Below are positions 10,068-18,650 of a stretch of DNA of 64,000 bases, piece by piece; within the stretch, counting starts at the first letter, position 1; each line of letters starts with the position of its first letter. A model generated the notes under the pieces. The model searched no databases, was not told where the DNA came from, and saw only the letters and a program-made list of their open reading frames with translations. Origin of the DNA: an uncultured delta proteobacterium (lineage in GTDB: Bacteria; Myxococcota_A; Polyangia; Polyangiales; Polyangiaceae); NCBI GenBank assembly GCA_963696385.1, contig CAVOKF010000004.1:768001-832000 (forward strand), read 5' to 3'. The position numbers and the translations under genes were made by a program.

Positions 10068-10083
10068 TGGTGCGCAACTTGCT
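10068..10083 (+). promoter_or_regulatory. Putative sigma54 promoter of the decayed response-regulator copy
   Basis: TGGTGCGCAACTTGCT; positionally homologous to 30203-30218. Confidence 0.55.
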
Positions 10084-10214
10084 GCTTGCGATGGGTCGTG
10101 CGCTCAACAGGCCAAAGTGACGGGATCGATCTCGGTTCGACGGGGCAGGGCGCCCCCCCCGCGGAGGCGCCCATGTTGCGCTCTGTCGCAGCGAGCCCGA
10201 ATCGCAGGTTCGTC

Positions 10215-10650
10215 GTGAGGGCGCTGGTCCTCGAGGTCGCGTACCCCCAGATCGACCCGCGAATGGCATCCGACGCATAACGGCGGGCTCATACCCGCGT
10301 CCGTGACTCCGTATGCCAAGCGAACGGTATGGTGGCCGTGCGCCAGTGGTCACGAGTGGCGCATGCGCGTCCATACGCGGACGCGGAGACGCAGCTCGTG
10401 TCCGGTCTGTTCCGGCAAGACTTGAATGCGGCAGCCGCGGGCGTGGCTTCGGCTGCACCGAGCCTCCGTTCCCCCGTCGGGCCCGATTCGGGCAGCCGGG
10501 GACCCCACCGGGCCGGCCGTGTAGTCTGCTGTAGCAGGGCGGGGACCAGCGGCAACAAAGTTGCAGCAGGACGTGGCAAATCGAGCCCGCGCAAGGGGTT
10601 CGGGTCGTTTCACGACAGCGTGCGTAGCGTCGCTCGGCCGACTTGCCGGG
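10215..10650 (+). pseudogene. Decayed copy of the OmpR-family response regulator (30349..31077)
   Basis: VRALVLEV vs VKVLVLED; ARPYADAETQLVSGLF vs ARGVDAIVQAQGGLY; upstream DNA 10131-10175 aligns with 30266-30310; internal stop. Confidence 0.65.
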
Positions 10651-10711
10651 GGACACGGTGGGCGAACCCGGTTTGATCCTCGCGCGCTCGGTGATATCCC
10701 TCACGCGACCG

Positions 10712-11137
10712 GTGAGCGAAGTGGAGCGACGCCCCCCGCCGAAGGACACGAATCGAGACGGCCTTCGCGCGACGTGCGGCCCCGACGAGCACTCGCGACG
10801 CGACGGCACCCGGGTGCCCCTCTCGGACGAAGCGTTCTGGCGCGCCGCATCCTTCTTTCGCACCCTGGGCGACGTCGCGCGATTGAAACTGCTCGATCGC
10901 CTCGCCGAGGGCGAGTGGTGCGTGACCGAGCTCGCCGAAGCAGCCGACGTCGGCCTGTCGACCGTCTCGCAGCAGCTGCGCGCGCTTCGCGCGGAGCACC
11001 TCGTCGTGCGCCGGCGGACGGGCAAGCACATCTACTATTCGCTCGCCGATCGGCATGTGCTCGAGCTGGTCGCGAACGCGCTCGCACACGCCGTCGAAGA
11101 TCGCACCGAGGCGGACGAGGACGACGAGACCGAGTGA
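10712..11137 (+). CDS. ArsR/SmtB-family metal-sensing repressor
   Basis: FFRTLGDVARLKLL, EWCVTELA, STVSQQLRALR, YYSLAD.H...H..E (alpha5-type ligands); start uncertain. Confidence 0.88.
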   Translation: MSEVERRPPPKDTNRDGLRATCGPDEHSRRDGTRVPLSDEAFWRAASFFRTLGDVARLKLLDRLAEGEWCVTELAEAADVGLSTVSQQLRALRAEHLVVRRRTGKHIYYSLADRHVLELVANALAHAVEDRTEADEDDETE

Positions 11138-11205
11138 AAGGCAGGCGCGGCCCGAAGCGGCTGCCCTTGCCGCCCGCCGACGCCAAAAGCTAAATCGGGA
11201 CTCGT

Positions 11206-12723
11206 TCAGGATCCTCCGGCGGGCGCCGGGTACTGCCGGTCGATGAAGCAGAGACCCTGGGAGTTGAGATGGCCCTGCGTCGACTGCGTATAGCGGATAT
11301 AGTCGTAGTAGTCTCGAATCGCCGGACAGTTGTCGAGCGTGTAGTCCTGATTGAGCGCGCCGGTGCATGTTCCGTTCGGGTCGATCGGCACACTGAGCGT
11401 GCTGAAGAACATCTGACCGTTGCCCGGCGGCGTATAGTACGGTCCGACGCAGTTGCGCCAGGGCAGTGGCGTTCCGGTGCTGTCGTACCAGGGATGGAAG
11501 CGGACGCTCACGAAGTCCTCCGTGTTGACGGGAACGAACCCGCCGTCCGCGCTTCCCTTACCAACGTATTGCGCCGCGATGTTGTCCCAGTGGACGGGTG
11601 TATCCTCCTCGAAGCTCTCCCAGAAAGGGTGATCCATGTGGACGGTCACCTGCGTGATCTCCGACTGGCTGGCGGACGCGAAGACTCCTCGCGCGTAGTC
11701 CTCGCCCGGCAAAGGGGTCCCGCCGCCGGTCATGTTCTGGCAGTTGACGTAATTGGTCGGCGTGGGGAATCCGAGCGTGAACGAAAACTGCAGGTTGTCG
11801 ATCTGCGAGAAGTCGTAGCCACCGTCCCGGTAGGTTGCCACCTCGGCGTCGCCCTCCTGAATGTCGCCAGCGTCCTCGCCCTCGCCCGCATTCGTTTGGA
11901 CGCAAGTGTACGGGTTGGACGGGCTGTTCCCCTCCCAGACCGCCGTGCCCCGGTAGAAGACCGAGTACCCCTTTTGCACCATGAGCGCAAAGTCGGCGGC
12001 CTCGCTCTCGTCGAGGTTCACGTTGTAGGCGTCGTACGTCGCCTGCACCGTGCTGAAGCCAAATGCGAAACGGGTGCCGTCCGTGGGAAACGCTGCGTTT
12101 CCCAGGTCATTCTGGGTCGTGATGACGCCGAGGGGTGTCGCCAGCTCGGGATAACCGCCCTGGCCGACGATTTTGCCGCCCTTGTGCAGGTCGACGACGA
12201 ACGGACCGTCGAGATGGGCGACCTGCGACCCATGTTCCTCTTGGTTGGTCGTGCTCTCGTCGGGGTTCTGCCAGAGCGTGACCTTGTCGACCACGACGAT
12301 GTACTCGAGAATCTGGAACTGCCACCCGTCCGGCATGTAGGTGTCGTTCACGAAGTTGTCGGGCGGGAATGGGTACCCCGTGAGCGCGTTCGATTCGCCG
12401 GAGATCGTGACGTAGAAGGCGCCGGGTCCCGGATCGGTCGGGTATTGGAAGCACTGGAGAGTCGCACCGCCGTCACCGAGGATGTTGGAACCCTGGCAAT
12501 TCGTGGAGACGCTGCCGTCTCCCGGGCTCCCGCCGTCGACCGCAGTGCCCGCTTCAGGAACCACAGCGCTAGCTTCAGGAGTGGTATTGACGCCGGAGTC
12601 GACGAACGGGTTCGTCCCGTTTGCGCCGGTGCTGCTCGAGCAGGCAGTGACCGCAAGCCCCGCCGACAAGACGAACCCACTGCAGAGTGCGAGCCCCGCG
12701 ATCGCAATGCGCCTTTTGTACAT
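11206..12723 (-). CDS. Uncharacterised lipoprotein, third gene of the TonB receptor operon
   Basis: AGGAG RBS, ATG 12723, lipobox VTAC; HMDHPFW and GHLNSQGLC segments. Confidence 0.75.
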   Translation of the reverse strand: MYKRRIAIAGLALCSGFVLSAGLAVTACSSSTGANGTNPFVDSGVNTTPEASAVVPEAGTAVDGGSPGDGSVSTNCQGSNILGDGGATLQCFQYPTDPGPGAFYVTISGESNALTGYPFPPDNFVNDTYMPDGWQFQILEYIVVVDKVTLWQNPDESTTNQEEHGSQVAHLDGPFVVDLHKGGKIVGQGGYPELATPLGVITTQNDLGNAAFPTDGTRFAFGFSTVQATYDAYNVNLDESEAADFALMVQKGYSVFYRGTAVWEGNSPSNPYTCVQTNAGEGEDAGDIQEGDAEVATYRDGGYDFSQIDNLQFSFTLGFPTPTNYVNCQNMTGGGTPLPGEDYARGVFASASQSEITQVTVHMDHPFWESFEEDTPVHWDNIAAQYVGKGSADGGFVPVNTEDFVSVRFHPWYDSTGTPLPWRNCVGPYYTPPGNGQMFFSTLSVPIDPNGTCTGALNQDYTLDNCPAIRDYYDYIRYTQSTQGHLNSQGLCFIDRQYPAPAGGS

Positions 12724-12758
12724 GGAGGACTCCTGAAACGTAAGGGGAAACGACCTCA

Positions 12759-13775
12759 TCAAAATGGATCTTGCATGTAGCTCACGGAAAAGGATGCGCC
12801 CGAGATGATCTCGGTGAAGAAGTCGAGCCCGGAGGTGGCGCCCGGAACGGTGCCCGAGAGCAGACTGCTGTTGGGTATGCAGTAGGTCGGACCGCAGAAG
12901 CCCGAACTGCACGTGAGCGCGTCGAGGCAACCCGAGGGTCCGACCCCGGCGGGCATGCCGGCGTCCGCGCCGCAGCACGGCTGCGCGCTCCCGCCGCACG
13001 TTTGCGCGGCCGGCGGAGGCGTCTCCGGCGTCAGCGCATAGTTCTGTGGTCCGTAGAACACGGAGAAATCAGGATTGCAGTTCGGATCGGTGACGACCGG
13101 CAGCTGCCCTGGCGAAAAATCGATGAAGGTCGACTGTTGCTGAAACCAGACGCGCGGGTCGACCGTGATGGAGAGGGTCCCTCCCGGGAAGAATGTCACG
13201 TTCGTCGGGATCTGGACGATGCGCTCCTTGCAGAGTGGATTGAGCCCGGGCTGTGCCGGATCGGTGCTGTTGCTCAGCCGATTGGACGAGTTGATCGTGA
13301 CGACCGCCCCGAAGGAGACGACGTCGCCGCTCGCGTTCGTTGCGGTACCCTCGAGCTGAACGATCGGCGTGAAGTTCACCTCGTTCACGTCGCCGTCGGT
13401 GAGCCAGACGTCCCAACTGAGTGCTGTGTCGGCAGTAGCGTCGCCGTAAACGGTGAACTCCTGTGGCTTGCTCGACAGCAGGTCCAGCGTGACGGGCCCG
13501 GAAACTTGCGCGGCGTAGATTCCGGACGCGATGCAGACGGGGCCGTCGAAGCCGGTGCCCGGCGGCGACTCGTCGAAGTAGACGGCGCCGATGTACATCT
13601 TCGCCGCAATCAGCTGGATCGTGAAATTGCCGGCTTGGAATGGCTCCGCGGCGCCCGCGGCGCCTTGTGCATAGGCAGAGAAGGTGAGAAGCGTATCCCC
13701 CGTCGTGCCGTTGCACGAGGCGGTGACCGCACCGAGGAGTGCGCCCAAGGCCAGAACCGGAAGGACTCGGCGCAT
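12759..13775 (-). CDS. Uncharacterised Cys-rich lipoprotein, second gene of the TonB receptor operon
   Basis: ATG overlaps the receptor stop (TGATG); lipobox TASC; Cys-rich C-terminus. Confidence 0.75.
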   Translation of the reverse strand: MRRVLPVLALGALLGAVTASCNGTTGDTLLTFSAYAQGAAGAAEPFQAGNFTIQLIAAKMYIGAVYFDESPPGTGFDGPVCIASGIYAAQVSGPVTLDLLSSKPQEFTVYGDATADTALSWDVWLTDGDVNEVNFTPIVQLEGTATNASGDVVSFGAVVTINSSNRLSNSTDPAQPGLNPLCKERIVQIPTNVTFFPGGTLSITVDPRVWFQQQSTFIDFSPGQLPVVTDPNCNPDFSVFYGPQNYALTPETPPPAAQTCGGSAQPCCGADAGMPAGVGPSGCLDALTCSSGFCGPTYCIPNSSLLSGTVPGATSGLDFFTEIISGASFSVSYMQDPF

Positions 13776-16513
13776 CACGAACCTCCCAGCGTGGCCGAGA
13801 GCGTCAGCATGACCATGCGCGGCGCCCCCGCTGTGAACAATCTCTCGGGGGCGAGCGTCGGCTCCGGGAGAAGCTTCTGGAAGTTCGACGCGTAGTTGTA
13901 CTCGCCGAGCCGGTACTTCGAGTCGAAGAGGTTCTGCGCCGAGAGTCGTAGATTCCAAAGGGTCCACCCGAGCCCGACCGACGCGTCGGAGATGGCGATG
14001 ATGTCGCTCACCTGCCCGTAGGGCAGCGGTCGCCGCCCGACGTAACTGACGCCGTAGCCGAGGGTGGCGCGAATCGGCTGGTGGGCGAGCTGCCAGGGCA
14101 GGCTGCTAAACACTGCTGCGTCAGCACGGAGGACGAGATCCGGCACGTATGGAACAAGAAGGCCGCAGTACGGCGAGCACTGTCCGGTCGTGTCGAAGAG
14201 GGCCCGCACGAGCGTCGCGTTCGCGGCGATGTCGAAAAAACTGCCCAGGGCGCGAACGGCGCCCGACCAGCCCGTCCGCGTCGAGCCGCTCGAGAGCGTG
14301 TTGCGCCCCTGGGTCGGGTCGAAGATGAGGTCCTCGCCGACGTGCGTCTGGAAGAACTCGCTCTTGACCGAGATCTCGGTCGCCCAGCTGCCGGTCTCGC
14401 CCCAGAAGAAATGACGCGTGACGGGGTCGCCAACTTCGCCGTTGTAACTGACCCCCAGGTCGCGCGACTGGACCGTGACGAACGGCGTGCCGATGCCCTG
14501 GCTGATGTAGCCCGGGTCGACCGAGCGGACGCCGTTGCCCTCGCTCGCCGTGAACGTGACATGTTCGATGGGCCCCACAGTGAGGGTCCCTCGCGGCATG
14601 ATGTCGGCGCTGGCTGTTGACGTCCGCAGAAACGGCTCGACGTAGTTGCCGTGTTCGAGTTGGCTGAGACACGACACGTTGATTTGCGCCGCAGCCGTCG
14701 CCTCCGACGGGTCGTCGACGCTCTGGTTGGCGCAGTTGTTGAGGACATCGAACAGGAAGGTGTCGGCACGCACGCCACCTCGTAGCGAGAGCCAGGGCAG
14801 AAAGTGAACGTTCCCGTCGAGGTAGACGCCTACGTCGCCGAGGACCGACTGCAAGTCGGCGTCGATGAGGTACGGCTGATTGTTGCCCGCGGCGATTCTG
14901 TCCTGGGTGGAGTGCGTCGAATCGATGCGCGCGAAGTATCCGCCCTCGAACTCCTGCGGCAGGCCGAACGCTTTGCCATCCCATCGCGCGAAGCCGCGCG
15001 CTCCGAAGGTGATCTCGTCAAAGTGGAAGTCGATGAGGTCGCCGCGCTGATCGTGCGGCTCCTGCGTCGGCTCCTGGACGTCGAGCAGGAAGCCCGTCCA
15101 GTTCTCGCGCAGACGCATCGAGCGGTAGATGGTGAAGAGCTGCTGGGACACCTCGATGTCCTTGTACCGCCCTTCGTACGTCATCGAGAGCGAGGCCCGC
15201 GTCGAGGTATTTCCGGTCTGGTTCGGGTCCTCAGTCCCGTAGAAGCCGACCCTCCCCGCCTGGTAGTCGTCTTCGCGGACGACCCCCGCGTTGTTGTACT
15301 CGGTCGCGTAGGCCGTGGCGCTGACACGCAGCGTTCCGCTGCGACCGAGCGGCGCCTCCCACTGCCCGATTGCCGTCCCCCTCTTGGCCTGCCGATTCGT
15401 ACCGAACCCGTTCGTCGTGTAGAACTCCGCACCTGCGAACGTCCCCGCGGGCGCGTCGGCAGGGCCGTACAGTACGAGCATGCGCTGCGTGTTGAAGGCG
15501 CCGACGCTGTACTGCGCCGTCAGCCCGCGACGGTCGAGCCCCAGCTGGTAGTCGGCGCTGCCGGCCACGGCGAAGTCGCCCTGCTGGGGCGCGTAGGGTC
15601 CCTCGAGCACGCGGACCGAATGAATGAGCTCCGGGATGATGAAGTGCGTGTCGGCGTAGCCATTGCCGTGGTAGTTGCCCGCATCGTTGATCGGGACCCC
15701 ATCCACGCTGAACTCGATGTCCTGCCCCTCGTGCGCGTCGAAGCCGCGCAGAAACACCTGCTCGGCGTGGCCCGAGCCGCCTTCGTTCGTGAGGAGGAAG
15801 CCGGGGGCGAGTTTGAGGGCGTCGGATGCGTTCGTCCGCGGGATGGCCTGAAGCTCCCCGATGGTTACGTCGTAGTCGGCGACCCCCAAGTTGCGCCGCA
15901 CGATCCGCCCGCGCACCTCGACCTCACTGACGTTCTGACCCTGCGCCGAGGCGGCTGCTGCGGTCGGCGGCGCAGAGCCCGATCCCGACGACGCAGCCGA
16001 ACTCGTCCCCGTGGAGGGTGTGGAAGTCGCCGCCGACGTCGGAGCAGCACCCGCTGCGGGCACTGCCGGCCGCGAGGGAAGCTGATCGACCGGAGAAGCC
16101 GGCTCAACGAGCTCCGGCGGAGGTGCTGGCGGTGCAAAGTGAAACGGCATCTTGATTCGGCTTGCGACCGGCTTGCCGTCGCGCATGGCCGGAACGAAGG
16201 TCCACTCTTGCGCCGCGACGATGGCCGCTTCGTCCAGGTCGTCGCCCCCGGACTTGGACACGGCCACCTGCGATACGTGACCATCCGTGTCGACGGTGAC
16301 CGTGAGGATGACGTCGGCGTGCTTGCGCTCCTTGAGCGCCGATGGGGGATAGATGGGATCGACGTGGTGAACGACCGAAGGCGGCGTGACGCCGGCGGCC
16401 GACGGCGCTGCCCCCTCAGCACGCGCCGGCTGGACAATGAGGGTTGTCGACGCCGCTGCTCCGCTCGCCAGGGCGGTCAGCAAGACTCGGCGGACGAGAT
16501 CCTGATGGCCCAT
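13775..16513 (-). CDS. TonB-dependent receptor with N-terminal TonB C-terminal domain
   Basis: PIYPP...VDTDGHV...LDEAA...W.F.PA TonB_C domain; plug motifs LRGFDA.EG, VDGVPIN, IIPELI..V.VLEGPY; barrel-like C-terminus. Confidence 0.9.
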   Translation of the reverse strand: MGHQDLVRRVLLTALASGAAASTTLIVQPARAEGAAPSAAGVTPPSVVHHVDPIYPPSALKERKHADVILTVTVDTDGHVSQVAVSKSGGDDLDEAAIVAAQEWTFVPAMRDGKPVASRIKMPFHFAPPAPPPELVEPASPVDQLPSRPAVPAAGAAPTSAATSTPSTGTSSAASSGSGSAPPTAAAASAQGQNVSEVEVRGRIVRRNLGVADYDVTIGELQAIPRTNASDALKLAPGFLLTNEGGSGHAEQVFLRGFDAHEGQDIEFSVDGVPINDAGNYHGNGYADTHFIIPELIHSVRVLEGPYAPQQGDFAVAGSADYQLGLDRRGLTAQYSVGAFNTQRMLVLYGPADAPAGTFAGAEFYTTNGFGTNRQAKRGTAIGQWEAPLGRSGTLRVSATAYATEYNNAGVVREDDYQAGRVGFYGTEDPNQTGNTSTRASLSMTYEGRYKDIEVSQQLFTIYRSMRLRENWTGFLLDVQEPTQEPHDQRGDLIDFHFDEITFGARGFARWDGKAFGLPQEFEGGYFARIDSTHSTQDRIAAGNNQPYLIDADLQSVLGDVGVYLDGNVHFLPWLSLRGGVRADTFLFDVLNNCANQSVDDPSEATAAAQINVSCLSQLEHGNYVEPFLRTSTASADIMPRGTLTVGPIEHVTFTASEGNGVRSVDPGYISQGIGTPFVTVQSRDLGVSYNGEVGDPVTRHFFWGETGSWATEISVKSEFFQTHVGEDLIFDPTQGRNTLSSGSTRTGWSGAVRALGSFFDIAANATLVRALFDTTGQCSPYCGLLVPYVPDLVLRADAAVFSSLPWQLAHQPIRATLGYGVSYVGRRPLPYGQVSDIIAISDASVGLGWTLWNLRLSAQNLFDSKYRLGEYNYASNFQKLLPEPTLAPERLFTAGAPRMVMLTLSATLGGS

Positions 16514-16552
16514 CACTCCCAACACTTCATCACTTGCTGCATTGAAGAACTG

Positions 16553-16569
16553 TCGCATCGAAGTTGCAA
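16553..16569. promoter_or_regulatory. Putative Zur/Fur-family operator
   Basis: TCGCATC-GAA-GTTGCAA, an imperfect TTGCAAC-N3-GTTGCAA palindrome 40 bp upstream of the receptor and facing a Fur-family gene. Confidence 0.45.
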
Positions 16570-16976
16570 TACGCATCCTCCTAGTCCATTTTTCGCGCTC
16601 AGCAAATTGAATCGTGACCCACCTGCGCTCGCCGTTTTATGAACGAATATGCCAAAGCAATCCATTTACAACTCCATCTGAGTTACTATACCGCCTGCCG
16701 CGTCGCAACACCTTTCCCGACTGTAGCGGGGGCGGTGGACGACCTCGTGGAAATACCTCAGTCGGGACTCATCGGGCGATAGGCTGGCGCGCCCAAGGCC
16801 TCGCGGACGGTAAGGGCGAAATGCGGCGCCGGGACTCGGCAGATGGCGCGCGGGGGAGCAATCGCTCTTCGGCAGCAGCGGAAATGCCGGGGCGGCGCTT
16901 CCCGCGCTGCGTTGCGTTCAGCCTTGCGCTACGAAGCCGGCTCGCGCATCCTGTCAGGCAAGACTGACACGCGCCC

Positions 16977-17450
16977 ATGGGAAGAGATCCGAAGCCTACG
17001 AAAACATCCTTCGCCGCTGCGCCCTCGATCGCCGAATTGAAGGCCGAGATCCGTGGCTACGGGATACGCAGCACCGGCCCACGCGTCGCGGTGCTCTCGC
17101 ACCTCAGCCGAGCTGAGGCTCCCCTCAGCCATCTCGAGGTATACGAGGCGTTGCAGGACCGCGGATACGACCGCGCCACCATTTATCGAAACCTGATCGA
17201 CCTTGCGGAAGTGGGACTCCTGACGCGCTCCGATCTCGGCGACCATGCGTGGCGCTTCGAGCGAAACCACAACCAGGGCAAGGTCGGTCATTCCAAGGTG
17301 CATCCGCACTTCGTCTGCATCGATTGCGGCAAAGTTAAATGCCTGCCCAATAGTTCTGTAAAGGTCGTGCCCTCGTTGGGAGTGCCGATGGCGCTGCGGA
17401 CCCAGCAAGTCGAGGTTCAGGTCAAGGGGCGCTGCGACGCCTGCGCGTGA
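16977..17450 (+). CDS. Fur-family transcriptional regulator (Zur/Fur-like)
   Basis: RSTGPRVAVL, RATIYRNL, HPHFVCIDCG, C-terminal CDAC. Confidence 0.92.
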   Translation: MGRDPKPTKTSFAAAPSIAELKAEIRGYGIRSTGPRVAVLSHLSRAEAPLSHLEVYEALQDRGYDRATIYRNLIDLAEVGLLTRSDLGDHAWRFERNHNQGKVGHSKVHPHFVCIDCGKVKCLPNSSVKVVPSLGVPMALRTQQVEVQVKGRCDACA

Positions 17451-17571
17451 GGCGGCTGCGTTCACGAAAGGCCGGAACTCCAATTGGAGACGGAGCTTTC
17501 AGTGACAGCGAACGTGCCAAAGGCATTTTGGACGAAGCCGATCTGGCGCTGGCGGGGGAATCCTGGATGAC

Positions 17572-18168
17572 TCACGCATGCGCCGCGTCGGCATCTCCTC
17601 TTCGAGGGTCGGGCGCGCCGAATGCGCTCGGAACGGCCATCCGCGATTGGACGACGCTCCGGGTTAGCGCAACAACCGCCAAGCCCATCGCGAGACAAGC
17701 ATAGCCGGGGGCCACTCGATCGCTCCAGCCAATGGCCGCTGCCACGGTGTGGAGAACGGCAACGACGACCAACATGACCGCGTTGGTCCTGGATGCGATT
17801 ACCGAAAGGCGGCACAGATCGGGCGCGATGCGAGCTCGCGCGAGGAGCAACCAACCGGCGCACCACGCGACACAGGTCGAAGCGATTTCCGGCAGAAGCG
17901 AGAGCGCAATTCCGTCATAGCGGATCTTTACCATCGCATAGACCACGCCTGGGACCACGGCGCTCCCGAGTAGGACGCTGGTTAGTGCCGACGCTCGAAC
18001 GCTCGCCGGAGCCCGACCCGCGACCAACCCGCCCTGCGCCATCGACCGGTAGGGAGAACGGGGGCCCACCATCACCTCCCAACGCTGCCAGAGCGTCCGC
18101 GTGCGTCGCTCCACCAGCATGAAGACCATGGCCGTGAGCACCGGAAACAAAACCAGGAACGGCACCAT
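17572..18168 (-). CDS. Hypothetical membrane protein
   Basis: Several hydrophobic helices and an SPYR motif. Confidence 0.5.
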   Translation of the reverse strand: MVPFLVLFPVLTAMVFMLVERRTRTLWQRWEVMVGPRSPYRSMAQGGLVAGRAPASVRASALTSVLLGSAVVPGVVYAMVKIRYDGIALSLLPEIASTCVAWCAGWLLLARARIAPDLCRLSVIASRTNAVMLVVVAVLHTVAAAIGWSDRVAPGYACLAMGLAVVALTRSVVQSRMAVPSAFGAPDPRRGDADAAHA

Positions 18169-18650
18169 GATTTCTTTTCCGCTTTTTGAGGGCTGCCAGT
18201 CCAGCGTCACCGCTGCGCCGTCCCGCCGTTTGAGGAGGGCTCAAAGGATCGGCCTGAAGCTAAGGGCCAAGGGTTAGGCCGTCAAGAACGTGTGCATTCG
18301 AAGGGCGCTGCGGCCCGCAGGATGGCCGTAGCGGCGGCTCTTCGTCGAGAAATTCGCCGTCAGGACCCCATCTGAAACGCTTCATCCTTCGCGCAGACTT
18401 CTGTTCGAAACCGCTTGTGTGCATGTCCCGGCCCGTGACCGGGAGGATCGATGCGCTCGCCCTTGCCGGCCGTGCAGGCTCGAAAGTGCACGCCGAGACA
18501 CCCCGGCCGATTCTTCGTCCGCGCTGGCTGCCCGCGCTACGCCACACCACCGACGGGACTGCGGCTTGGCTAAGGTCCGCGTGGCTTGCATCCATGGTCG
18601 TTTGAGCGTTACGGTCCACTTCCAATTTCGCGCGCAAGGGAGACCAACCC

